Under the pieces are notes generated by a model. It was given only the letters and a program-made list of their open reading frames with translations, was not told the origin of the DNA and did not search any database. Source: Pyrinomonadaceae bacterium (GTDB lineage: Bacteria; Acidobacteriota; Blastocatellia; Pyrinomonadales; Pyrinomonadaceae). Taken from it: 64,000 bases of DNA. Made by a program: the position numbers and the translations under genes. The stretch spans positions 7,586-71,585 of the forward strand of contig JBGQGG010000028.1 in the NCBI GenBank assembly GCA_041497335.1. The letters are read 5' to 3'. Positions 17,607 to 27,850 of this stretch are shown here, in pieces (within the stretch, counting starts at the first letter, position 1; each line of letters begins with the position of its first letter).

Positions 17607-18284
17607 TCAAGCGCTCTTTGCCTTGCCGCTGGCCTGAGCTTTCACTGAGCGCTTTTTGCCCCTGGCAGACGGCTTACGGCCGGGCATCAGTACGCCGACC
17701 GAGCTAAACGAAGGATTCAAGCCTCGTTTTCGCTTGAATTGCGTCGTTTCAGCAGTCTTTGATAACTCTTCCGTAGCCTCGTTCACAAAATACATGCGCG
17801 TGTGACTGACCACCTGGGTGCGAATCTCGTGGGTCCACAGCAATAGGTTCGCCAATGCGTCGCAAACCTCGTCCTTCGGAAGCTTGGTAACCTGAGCAAT
17901 CTCTTTCTGGGTACGTGCGCCACAGCGAATGGCCTCGCGCACGCGATCTGCCGGCGAGAGTTTCCTTAGCATCCGCGCTACGCGCCGCGGTGAAAAGCCG
18001 GACTTGGGATCAATGGTTAGTCGCGATCTCTCCGGTGTGACTGTCGAGCCGTGCTTGATCCGCGCGTTCTTGTATTCACGCAGGGCTTGCCGGCTTTGGG
18101 CAATCTTCTGACGAATACAACGCTTGCAGTATAGATTCAGACCGTCTTTGCGTGCTCGGCACACGCCAAACTCTGACAGCGGAAGCGACTCTTCGCACCG
18201 GGGGCATCTCTTCAACTCAACCACGCTAACTTCCGCTAATCTCGTCACGCTCTGCGCTCCACTAAAATGACTTTCAATACGCAA
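17607..18284 (-). CDS. hypothetical zinc-ribbon protein with basic C-terminal tail
   Basis: 225 aa. CPRC...17 aa...CKRC near the N-terminus, a possible helix-turn-helix around TQKEIAQVTKLPKDEV, K/R-rich tail. No family recognised. Confidence 0.5.
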   Translation of the reverse strand: MRIESHFSGAQSVTRLAEVSVVELKRCPRCEESLPLSEFGVCRARKDGLNLYCKRCIRQKIAQSRQALREYKNARIKHGSTVTPERSRLTIDPKSGFSPRRVARMLRKLSPADRVREAIRCGARTQKEIAQVTKLPKDEVCDALANLLLWTHEIRTQVVSHTRMYFVNEATEELSKTAETTQFKRKRGLNPSFSSVGVLMPGRKPSARGKKRSVKAQASGKAKSA

Positions 18285-19352
18285 TCGGGGAACAAAACAC
18301 CTGCCAAGCAGACAGACAAGCCGCCTTGCACCCTCGCTCGTTCGAACCCTTTGTGACTAAATATTTGGCGATGAACTCCAGATGTGAGCCGGAAAAAATC
18401 CGCCGTCGATGGCCACGCTGATTTAGTCATTGCGTGGCGACGCCCTCACCCATCAACGCATTCAAATGGCCATGCGTCTCGAGGTTGGTCGCAGGAATGG
18501 CTGACGGTTATCTTGCGAGGACAAATAATTGCCGCTGATTTCAACTAACCGACTCGTCAACTCGATCGCTGTGCACTCACCTCTAAACTAGTAAGGGACT
18601 GGCATTATATTTAGGAAGATTTTTTTTGCAACCTCTTTCTCACATTGACATGGTCCAACTCTCAAAGCGATCATTTTACGTCGCAAAATAGATTCTGGAA
18701 ATCGTTTCTCTTTCGCAACGTCTCTAGAGAGAAAGGATACAGCCTCTCGATTTTGATCGAAAGAATTCTTGAGAGATGACATGAGTGAAAAAATGTGAGC
18801 GACCACTTTCGAAATGATTCAATAAAAACACGATTCCTGATCAAGACAGAAAGCGTTCGCCGTATGTTTCGCGCAAAACCTTCCATGGATGTGATCGTGG
18901 TCCAACTATTAGTTGATTTGTGTTGGCATTCATTTGGGTGGGGCAAGATCGCAGATAGCGTATGTGACGAAACATTTTGAAAGTTGACTACAAATCTTCA
19001 TGTCATAAATTCGTGGCTTTGGGGGGATAGTTTTCTTTCGACGGCGACGCGCGTTCGCCCCACCTAACAGCGGTGACACACCGCTGCGCGTGCGGTTACG
19101 AGTTAAATGGCCAGCGACTTCAAAATGTAATGAAACCGTTGATATTCGCGAAGAAACGTCAGGTCATTGCGTCGCTATGGGAGTTTGGCGGCAGCGAATT
19201 CTGTGGATGCCGGCCTGCTGTGCAAAACGAGGAAAGCTCTGTATTTAGAGTCACTTGCCGGATGCTTCGGACGGGTTATTCACAGCTTTTCAACAGCTTC
19301 TGTGGAAGGCCAAAAGCGTCAGTAGCTCAGCGAATCCGAGGGTTGGCGCGCT

Positions 19353-19778
19353 TCACTTAGCACGAGGTTTCAGCCCGGCGCGATCCTGCAAACGAAAAAC
19401 AAACTTGAGCCCTGACCAAACCTCATCCACGGCGCAGATCTTAACGTCGACGAGTCCAGCCGCCAGACCAATTGCGCGAACAGTGCCTTCGGAAACATCG
19501 GTTGTTACGCCTGAACTCTTTTTTGGCCACGACACCCAAAGCATTCCTGAAGCGTTAAGCCTCTTCGCGTACTCGGAAAACTTTGCTTTCAGTTCTCTTT
19601 CACTCTTAACAAACAATTGAGCAAAGTCGAGTGGTTTGCTTGATCGTGAATTGATTGTGACATCTGAAGGCAGATCGAGTTCGTTCGCGAAGCCTGGAGG
19701 AGCATTTACGAACGCGATATTAGAGCCAGGCTTGATGCCCAGCTTTTTGACCAGCGGTGTTCCGGAATAACCAGCCAT
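19353..19778 (-). CDS. DUF3052-like protein
   Basis: ATG at 19778 gives MAGYSGTPLVKKLGIKPGSNIAFVNAPPGF..., the remembered DUF3052 start. The longer ORF to 19853 is less likely. Confidence 0.6.
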   Translation of the reverse strand: MAGYSGTPLVKKLGIKPGSNIAFVNAPPGFANELDLPSDVTINSRSSKPLDFAQLFVKSERELKAKFSEYAKRLNASGMLWVSWPKKSSGVTTDVSEGTVRAIGLAAGLVDVKICAVDEVWSGLKFVFRLQDRAGLKPRAK

Positions 19779-19925
19779 GCGAACTTTGTCGTGGTTCAAT
19801 TCGAACTGACCTACTACCAACCCTGTTGGATCTGATGAAGATAACCCGGTCATTTAGCATGCAGTTGTTCAAACGTGTACCAAGGTTGTTTTCAACTTCA
19901 ATGCATTGTCATCATTCACTTTCAT

Positions 19926-21149
19926 TCACTCATTAATGATCAGTTCTCCGCCAAAATTGATTCCGTGCTTTTCCCGACCTAGCGCGATTACCAACACCGC
20001 GCCGACGAATACCGTAACTGCTGTGACAGACATGGCCATCGCATAACTCATTCTTTCGGCGAAGACGGCTTCGATATAGGCAACAGAGCCTGCTAACAGC
20101 ACACCGCATTGATAGGCAAAGCCCGGGAGGAAGCCCCGAACGGAATCCGGCGAGAGCTCCGAGAGATGTGCAGGAATGATGCCCCATGCGCCCTGCACCA
20201 TAAACTGGAGCAAGAAAGCTCCCACAATCAAAAGCGACAGTGACGGAGCAAAAGCCCAGAGGGGAACTACCGCGATCGCGCACACCAACGCGACGATCAT
20301 TGATTTGCGACGCCCAAAGCGGTCCGACAGGTATCCAAACAGAACTCCGCCGATGATCGCGCCCACCATTGAGAGCGCCGTGATCGATATTCTTTGTCGC
20401 GGGCTAAACCCCCATTGACGCTCGAGAAATGTAGGGTACATGTCCTGTGTGCCGTGGGAAACGAAGTTCATCATCATCAGCAGCAGGGTCAGATAGATAA
20501 AAAGCTTCCAGTGCGAAGCTATGCTGCGGCCAAGTTGACCCCAATTTTCGTGTCGAGTTTTCTTCCAAACTTCCGATTCCTTAACCTTGAAACGAACAAA
20601 TAGCGCCAGCAAAGCGGGTAGCCCGCCGATGAAGAACAAAGGGCGCCAGCCCCAGCGCGGAAACACAAAGAAGTAGCAGACAGCTGCCAGCAGATAGCCC
20701 GTAGCGTAGCCTTCCTGCAGCAGCCCCGACAGCATGCCTCTTAATCTTGGCGGCACCTTCTCCATTGCCAGCGACGCACCCACGCCCCATTCTCCTCCCA
20801 TGCCGATGCCAAACAGCGCACGCAGCACCATGAAAGTGGCGTAATTCGGAGCCAACCCCGATAGCACCTCTACCACTGAATAGAAGACAAGGTCGAGCAT
20901 CAACGGCAGACGACGGCCATAACGGTCAGCGAGCAGCCCGAAAATGAATGCGCCCACAGGTCGAAACCCAAGCGTGATGGCAATTGAAAGGGCAATCTCT
21001 TTATCGGTTTTGTGAAATTCTTTGGCTATCGCCGTTAAGGTGACGACCACCAGAAAGAAATCGAATGCGTCCAGGGTCCATCCTAGAAATCCCGCGAACA
21101 ACGCAGCGCGGTGACCCTCGGAAACTACCGGTTTGTTCGATTCATCCAT
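19926..21149 (-). CDS. MFS transporter
   Basis: About 12 TM helices. DRYGRR in loop 2-3 and DRFGRRK in loop 8-9. ATG at 21149 (a TTG at 21164 is possible). Substrate unknown. Confidence 0.85.
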   Translation of the reverse strand: MDESNKPVVSEGHRAALFAGFLGWTLDAFDFFLVVVTLTAIAKEFHKTDKEIALSIAITLGFRPVGAFIFGLLADRYGRRLPLMLDLVFYSVVEVLSGLAPNYATFMVLRALFGIGMGGEWGVGASLAMEKVPPRLRGMLSGLLQEGYATGYLLAAVCYFFVFPRWGWRPLFFIGGLPALLALFVRFKVKESEVWKKTRHENWGQLGRSIASHWKLFIYLTLLLMMMNFVSHGTQDMYPTFLERQWGFSPRQRISITALSMVGAIIGGVLFGYLSDRFGRRKSMIVALVCAIAVVPLWAFAPSLSLLIVGAFLLQFMVQGAWGIIPAHLSELSPDSVRGFLPGFAYQCGVLLAGSVAYIEAVFAERMSYAMAMSVTAVTVFVGAVLVIALGREKHGINFGGELIINE

Positions 21150-21322
21150 CTCCACTCGCCTCAAACCTGACTTGACGCAATGAAAAACGCGGCGATACTA
21201 ATATTTGCGGGCAAAGCGTTCAAGCGATTTGTTAACGGCATCAGAGTGATTCAAACCGATCGGTCAGTTGGCGCGTAGTTTCGATGGAAGGAAATAGGCA
21301 GCTCGAAGGACAACTAGACAGC

Positions 21323-22309
21323 ATGTTGATTAAGAAACCTGACGACATTAAGTCGAGCGAAATTACGGACCAGAAGGACTATCTGAACCGCCGTTTGTTC
21401 ATGCGCGGCGTCGTTCTCGCTGGCTCAGTCGCGGCGACCGGCCTCCTCTACCGGAAACTGAATCCGCCGCTGGCAGTCGTAGAGGAACGGCCACGGATAG
21501 CCGGCCTGGTCACACCACCCTCCGATGAAGCCATGCGCAAGGGTTTCAAAGTAAATGAAGGGCAAACTTCGTTTGAAGACATCACGAACTACAACAATTT
21601 TTACGAATTCTCAACTGAAAAGCGTTCAGTCGCTTCCGAATCCCGCGGATTTGTCACGCGACCCTGGACGGTCGAGGTCGGAGGCCTGGTAAATAAGCCA
21701 AAGACGTTTGACTTAGACGATCTCTTGAAGCTAGCGCCGCAGGAAGAGCGTATCTACCGGCACCGCTGCGTCGAAGGCTGGTCGATGGTCATTCCGTGGG
21801 TGGGATTTCCCCTGTCTACGCTCTTGAAAGAGGTCGAGCCGCTCTCGTCCGCGCGTTACGTGGCTTTCCAGACGCTGTTGGACCCTAAGCGCATGCCGAA
21901 CCAAAACACAGGCGTCCTCGACTGGCCTTACGTCGAGGGCTTACGCATCGATGAAGCGATGAATCCACTGGCGATTCTGGCCACAGGACTTTATGGCCAA
22001 ACGATGCCGCCGCAGGACGGCGCGCCAATTCGTCTGGTCGTACCCTGGAAATACGGATTCAAGAGTATCAAGTCGATCGTGAGAATAATGTTGGTTGCCG
22101 AACAGCCGCCGACCACCTGGAACATCCAGGCGCCGAGTGAATACGGCTTTTACTCGAACGTGAACCCGAACGTCGATCATCCGCGCTGGAGCCAGGGAAC
22201 TGAACATCGCATCGGCGAATTCACTTCGCGCAGTACGCTCTTGTTCAATGGTTACGTGGATCAGGTCGGATATCTTTACGAAGGGATGGATTTGAGGGTG
22301 AATTACTAA
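21323..22309 (+). CDS. msrP: protein-methionine-sulfoxide reductase, molybdopterin catalytic subunit
   Basis: Twin-arginine signal NRRLFMRG, ITNYNNFYEFSTEK, sulfite-oxidase-family core. Start 21323 or 21284. Confidence 0.9.
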   Translation: MLIKKPDDIKSSEITDQKDYLNRRLFMRGVVLAGSVAATGLLYRKLNPPLAVVEERPRIAGLVTPPSDEAMRKGFKVNEGQTSFEDITNYNNFYEFSTEKRSVASESRGFVTRPWTVEVGGLVNKPKTFDLDDLLKLAPQEERIYRHRCVEGWSMVIPWVGFPLSTLLKEVEPLSSARYVAFQTLLDPKRMPNQNTGVLDWPYVEGLRIDEAMNPLAILATGLYGQTMPPQDGAPIRLVVPWKYGFKSIKSIVRIMLVAEQPPTTWNIQAPSEYGFYSNVNPNVDHPRWSQGTEHRIGEFTSRSTLLFNGYVDQVGYLYEGMDLRVNY

Positions 22310-22313
22310 GCAG

Positions 22314-22380
22314 GTCAGTAGTTAGTTGTCAGTGGTCAGTTGAAAAGACATTGCAACTGACAACTAACCACTGACAACTG
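22314..22380. repeat. stutter palindrome (GTCAGT/GTTAGT units) between msrP and msrQ
   Basis: GTCAGTAGTTAGTTGTCAGTGGTCAGTTG opposed to CAACTGACAACTAACCACTGACAACTG. Confidence 0.75.
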
Positions 22381-23016
22381 ATGGCTTCGGTCATGAAAGA
22401 CGTACGCTTCGCCAAACTTGTTCTCCTGATCAACGGTCTTGTGCCGCTGACGCTCCTTCTGTGGGACGTGTATCGAAGGCAGGTCGGCGCAAATCCTTTG
22501 GAATTTGTTACGCGCACAACGGGAATGCTGACGCTCGTTTTCCTGCTGATCTCACTGGCGGTGACACCATTGCGAAGGGTTACGGGGGTCAACTGGCTGG
22601 TCAGATTTCGCCGAATGTTGGGGTTGTTTGCCTTCTTCTACGGCTCGCTTCACCTTTTGACCTACGTGGCTTTCGATCGCTTCTTCCATCTGACAACCAT
22701 TCCTGGTGATGTCCTCAAGCGCCCGTTCATCGCGATTGGCATGACGGCATTCTTTCTGATGCTGCCGCTGGCCATTACCTCAACCGACAAGATGGTGAAG
22801 AGATTGGGCGGAAAGCGCTGGATGAGCTTGCACCGCGTTGTTTATCTGGCAGGGATCCTGGGCGTGCTGCATTACTACATGCTGGTAAAATCTGACGTCC
22901 GTCTGCCGTTGACATTCGCGTTCCTACTGGCCGTGCTGCTTGGTTTTAGGATTTTCGCAAAGTACTACACGTCGCGGCCACGTATTTCCTCCAGCGTTGT
23001 GCCTCGCGCTGACTAA
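22381..23016 (+). CDS. msrQ: protein-methionine-sulfoxide reductase, heme-binding membrane subunit
   Basis: 211 aa, six TM segments, conserved His positions (SLHLLTY, VLHYYM), directly after msrP. Confidence 0.85.
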   Translation: MASVMKDVRFAKLVLLINGLVPLTLLLWDVYRRQVGANPLEFVTRTTGMLTLVFLLISLAVTPLRRVTGVNWLVRFRRMLGLFAFFYGSLHLLTYVAFDRFFHLTTIPGDVLKRPFIAIGMTAFFLMLPLAITSTDKMVKRLGGKRWMSLHRVVYLAGILGVLHYYMLVKSDVRLPLTFAFLLAVLLGFRIFAKYYTSRPRISSSVVPRAD

Positions 23017-23200
23017 ACCACGCGTTATCGCGATCAGCTTCTGTTTACAAGAGGGCTCCAGGCAATGTGGAAGAGAACGGTTGGATCAAAAGCTCTTGGA
23101 GCGGCTGAATTGGAATTGGCAAACTTCCCGCACCGATCGCTGAAGCAGGTTGCTAATGAAACCCGAGCTTAGCGCTTGACACGTCTGTTAACTTTCCCTC

Positions 23201-23965
23201 GTGCTTGATCCGACCAGACGTTTTTCCAGCCGGGTAGAAAACTACCTCAAGTACCGCCCTACCTATCCTCCCGCGATTATTCCTTTGCTCCAAACAGAGT
23301 GTGGCCTAACTCCGCAGTCGGTGGTCGCCGATCTGGGTTCAGGCACGGGTCTTTTGACCGAGCTTTTCCTGAAAAACGGCAATCCGGTTTTTGGCGTTGA
23401 GCCAAATCTCGAAATGCGCGTCGCCGGTGAGAGAGTGCTGGCTAAGTACCCGAGGTTTTCCAGTGTGAATGGTGCGGCGGAACACACGACGCTTCCAGAT
23501 CACTCGGTCGACTTCGTCGTGGCCGGCCAGGCTTTTCACTGGTTCAATCGTGAAGTTGCACGCGCTGAGTTCCTGCGAATTTTGCAGCCGCGTGGCTGGG
23601 TCGTGCTGGCGTGGAACGGCTATCGAGTGGAATCCAATCCGTTGATGGCCGCTTACCAGGATCTCGTGGTGCGCTACGGCACAGATTATTCAGAGGTCAG
23701 GCGCGAAGTAGTCTGCTGCGATGTCGAATCATTCTACGCGCCCGGGTCTTGTGGGTGCGCGAGATTCGAATTTCAACAGGTCTTTGATTACGAAGGCCTG
23801 AAGGGGCGTTTGCTGTCGGCCTCGTATGCGCCGGAACCCGATCACCCCAACTATGACGCGATGCTCCGAGAGGTGCGAGAAATCTTCGACGCTAACGAGG
23901 AGAACGGAAGGGTAACCTTCGAATGCGAAACCGAACTCTATTACGGGCAGCTTCCAGCCAGATAG
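23201..23965 (+). CDS. class I SAM-dependent methyltransferase
   Basis: GTG start. Motif I VADLGSGTGLLT followed by VFGVEPN. Confidence 0.8.
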   Translation: MLDPTRRFSSRVENYLKYRPTYPPAIIPLLQTECGLTPQSVVADLGSGTGLLTELFLKNGNPVFGVEPNLEMRVAGERVLAKYPRFSSVNGAAEHTTLPDHSVDFVVAGQAFHWFNREVARAEFLRILQPRGWVVLAWNGYRVESNPLMAAYQDLVVRYGTDYSEVRREVVCCDVESFYAPGSCGCARFEFQQVFDYEGLKGRLLSASYAPEPDHPNYDAMLREVREIFDANEENGRVTFECETELYYGQLPAR

Positions 23966-24018
23966 AAGAATGGCACTTACTCTAGCCTGTGCGATTGTCC
24001 CAGTCTTGTGAACACGAA

Positions 24019-24107
24019 GTCAGTACCACCCGCGTAAGCGGGTGGGTCAAACACTCAAGGCGCGGGTTGTGTGCTGGATCCACCTGCTCACGCAGGTGGT
24101 ACTGACC
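24019..24107. repeat. REP doublet GTCAGTACCACC-hairpin, inverted pair
   Basis: GTCAGTACCACCCGCGTAAGCGGGTGGGTC at 24019-24048 and GATCCACCTGCTCACGCAGGTGGTACTGAC at 24078-24107. Confidence 0.75.
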
Positions 24108-24180
24108 CAAACGTTGTCAGACAAGACCGGCCGGAGTAAAATCTCCGTGCTTCCGAGACCTGTGCAAAGGAGACCATCGA

Positions 24181-24825
<645 letters not shown>

Positions 24826-25374
24826 TTGTGGTTACGCCCGGCAGTGTTCTGGATACAAGCGGGTAGACTCGTCTCGGTAAGGACCGTTCCGTCATGAGCG
24901 AGGATCTGTGGCGGACTGAGCAGTCGGCATCGGCCTAACCTTAGGCCGACATTTTGCGCTCCATCCGGTGGCGCAAGAACGGTGGCGCAAGAAGCTTGTT
25001 AGCATCCGCGTTCGCTGTTATCCTCGCGGCGGACAAAGGACGCCTCGCATTCACTTCAAACCTTACAATTCGGAGGAAAACCAAATGAGTGACACAGCTA
25101 ACGCACCAGGCCTCGATGTACTAAGGCTGATCAGGCAAGAACCAGGGAAGTGGTGCTTCTGATCAGAGAAAGACATCCGGGAGTTCGGATCCTCAATAAT
25201 GACGATGATTTCATCGCCGAGGGTCTAACCAAGTTTTTCAAGAAACATCACGACCATTTGCACGTTAATCTGCCGGCGTAGAGAGAGACGTAAACCACAT
25301 CAGGGTTTTCGATCTCGGACCTGCAGAGTTGAGCGAGATCCGGATTCTACGCTACCTGCGATGCGTGGACCTTT

Positions 25375-27546
25375 TCACTCGACTGCGAAATTGATTCTCT
25401 GTGAAGCGCTGGTTCCGGCGGCCTTGTCGGTTGCCGATACCTGGAGCGTGTATGCGCCTGGTGGCAGTTGGTTGAGGGCGATTTCCGACCAGTAAGGCAA
25501 CCGCCATGAGACTGGCGAGACGTCTGGGGGAATCTTGCTGGGAGCCACGACCATAACTTGTTGGCTGCCACGAAGCACCCGCGCATCGATCCAGACATCC
25601 GGACCACCAGCATTTCGGGCTGCATTGTAGACATAGGTCTGAAAGCGCAGGATTGAGGTGCGCGCGAAACGATGATCGATATCCACGCGAATCGGCTGCG
25701 GCCCATTCTCCGATTTATCCTCCGGAGAAGCTGCGGCCGGTCGCTCTCCGAGAAATAAACTGCTCATATTGAACCTGGCCGGGGCGAGCTGAGGAACCTC
25801 GATCCATCCAATAGCACTGCCAGTGCGTCCACTTTTACTGTCCCTCGTCGCTACGCGGACCTGGTAGAGTCCCGGCGGCAGTCGAAGCGACTGACTCCAG
25901 ACGACGAACCGTTGGTCCTTTGATCGGACCGCTTCACGGGGGACCTTTACTTTCTGCTTGAACGTCGAGAAAAGACCTCGGTCGTCCAGCGCGATCCCCA
26001 GAACATCCACAACCGCCTCTTGCTTACCATCCGGGCCCTCGAAGCTCAGCGTCTCCGAATCAATCTGCATTGACACATCAAGCGCGGTGCCTTTGTCCTC
26101 AGTCTGCACGTAGCCCGCCGAGAGAGAAGTTGGCACCTCCCGCCTTGGGTAAAGCGAACCGAGCGCCGCCCGAAGTTCATTGTCAGGCGAAATGCTTGAG
26201 GACGTCCCGACTTCCGGCTTGATAGTCTTAGTTGTTTGATTGGGTTTGAAATCAAAGAAGTGTCGCCGCATCCGGATACGTAAATCCGGACGATCCTTGA
26301 TAACTACATCGATGCGAGATTTTCCGGCCCTCTGACTTTCTGTGTCGGGTCGCCAGGCCAGCAGGTAATAAGCAGAACTCTCTTGTAAAGCTTCCGACAG
26401 CGCGTCGTCGAGCGAGTTGGAATTGAGGTACGAGCGCCCGCCAGTCTCGTCGGCCAGAGTTTCCAGCGGCTCTTGCGGCACCTTGCTTTCCGCCAAAGTT
26501 CTGCCGGCCGTTCTTGGACCGAAGTCCGGATACTCGTTTCTTGATGCGTCAACCCCGGCACCCAGGAAATTCGCCCGCGTGTCCAGGGAATACACGACCA
26601 CACCGACGCGCGCCGCTTCGCTGGCGAGGCGTTGCATGACGTCTCGTCCGCTCGACCTTTTGATGTCCATAACAAAGCCATCTGAGACAAAAAAGAAAAC
26701 CTTGCGCCCCGCGAGCGGCGCTGTCGAATGTATCAGGCTCTCAAGACGGGAAAGAGTTTCATTTTCAGCGAGTTTGGATTGAGCATTGATCTGCCGAACA
26801 CGGTTCTTCACGATGTTCACAGCGTTAATTGGGTCCTTCATCTGAAACTCTTTGATCGTCGCTTCAACCAGATAGGCAAAGAGCCCGCGGTCGCCGCCAT
26901 TGGCGATCAGGTTCGCATCGACCTCACTGATCGAAACCTGACTTGCGATTGTCTCAGGATTGTATTTGTAGTTGAGCCGAGCGATGGCCTCGCGCAGGAC
27001 CGCCTTGTTGTCGGTAAGCTGCTGGAGGAAACCGATCTGCCCGCTCGTCGACACGATCGCAACCCGGTCGTTGGCCGTCATCTTGTCTTCCACAAAGTGA
27101 GACAAAAGCGAGCGGGCGCGGGTCAGACTGTCGCCTGCCAGATGCACGTCATCTACAAAGAAGAAAATCAGGCGCCCGCGTTCGGGTTCCGATGCTGACT
27201 TATCTTTCTGCCTCGCAACAGGACCAGTATCAGCCTTGCGCGCAGCAGCCAACTGTTTCTCTTCCGCGGCGCTGCCAGCCGCGACCTGCTCGAAAAAAGC
27301 CAGAGGCTGTAGTTTGTTATCGACTCGCAACTCAAACTGTTCGGGTTTTAAGCCATCAACGAAACGTCCTCGCTTATCCACGACAGTCACATCGGTCTGT
27401 ACCAACTCGGTCTTTACGAGTACGACATCATCCGCCGGCCCCGTTTGAGTCTGTTTTTGTCCAGGTGTTTCGGGAGCCAACAAAATGAGACAGAAGAGTA
27501 AGAGCAGGAAGGTTCGCAAAGAGGCGTCTTTCAATTCAAGCATCAT
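25375..27546 (-). CDS. VWA domain protein of the acidobacterial VWFA-related type
   Basis: Signal peptide, then RLIFFFVDDVHL and RKVFFFVSDGF blocks, as remembered for the VWFA-related acidobacterial family. Start 27546, 27543 or 27612. Confidence 0.7.
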   Translation of the reverse strand: MMLELKDASLRTFLLLLFCLILLAPETPGQKQTQTGPADDVVLVKTELVQTDVTVVDKRGRFVDGLKPEQFELRVDNKLQPLAFFEQVAAGSAAEEKQLAAARKADTGPVARQKDKSASEPERGRLIFFFVDDVHLAGDSLTRARSLLSHFVEDKMTANDRVAIVSTSGQIGFLQQLTDNKAVLREAIARLNYKYNPETIASQVSISEVDANLIANGGDRGLFAYLVEATIKEFQMKDPINAVNIVKNRVRQINAQSKLAENETLSRLESLIHSTAPLAGRKVFFFVSDGFVMDIKRSSGRDVMQRLASEAARVGVVVYSLDTRANFLGAGVDASRNEYPDFGPRTAGRTLAESKVPQEPLETLADETGGRSYLNSNSLDDALSEALQESSAYYLLAWRPDTESQRAGKSRIDVVIKDRPDLRIRMRRHFFDFKPNQTTKTIKPEVGTSSSISPDNELRAALGSLYPRREVPTSLSAGYVQTEDKGTALDVSMQIDSETLSFEGPDGKQEAVVDVLGIALDDRGLFSTFKQKVKVPREAVRSKDQRFVVWSQSLRLPPGLYQVRVATRDSKSGRTGSAIGWIEVPQLAPARFNMSSLFLGERPAAASPEDKSENGPQPIRVDIDHRFARTSILRFQTYVYNAARNAGGPDVWIDARVLRGSQQVMVVAPSKIPPDVSPVSWRLPYWSEIALNQLPPGAYTLQVSATDKAAGTSASQRINFAVE

Positions 27547-27726
27547 GGCGTGGCTGTTCATAATCTCGGACGGTCCGGACTTGAGAACTACTCTGATGCC
27601 GGCATTTTTCAAATAGCAGCCATATCGTGCAGTTTTTGCGATTGACCTGATAGGTGAGAGACGATGCCCAGACAGAATGCTGTCACCACTAAGACTCGGC
27701 TACCGATTGTAATGATACGGTGCATT

Positions 27727-27766
27727 GGTACGGAACCCCGACCTGTCGGGGTAGCGAGCGGGTAAC
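27727..27766. repeat. REP family GGTACGGAAC.CCGACCTGTCGGGGTAGC.AGCGGGTAA, copy 1
   Basis: Near-identical copy at 40579-40618. A REP-core-like copy (CCCGCTTGCTACCGCAAGCGGTTCTCTAC) follows at 27819-27847. Confidence 0.75.
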
Positions 27767-27850
27767 TCTCGTCGTCGAACTTTAGTTCTCATTGAGAGTC
27801 TACCCGTTGCCTCGGAGACCCGCTTGCTACCGCAAGCGGTTCTCTACCGA

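Noticed and set aside
19315-19360. GCGTCAGTAGCTCAGC resembling the 5' end and D-arm of a tRNA
   Set aside because: The D-stem does not close (no downstream GAGC), and no anticodon or T-arm follows. It overlaps the 3' end of the DUF3052 gene on the other strand.
24826-25374. Small ORFs in the 550-bp convergent spacer after the peroxiredoxin (24968..25162, and a ~44-codon frame ending at 25280 reading VVLLIRERHPGVRILNNDDDFIAEGLTKFFKKHH...)
   Set aside because: They are too short, lack clear starts and match no family I recognise. They may be gene remnants, but I cannot support a call.
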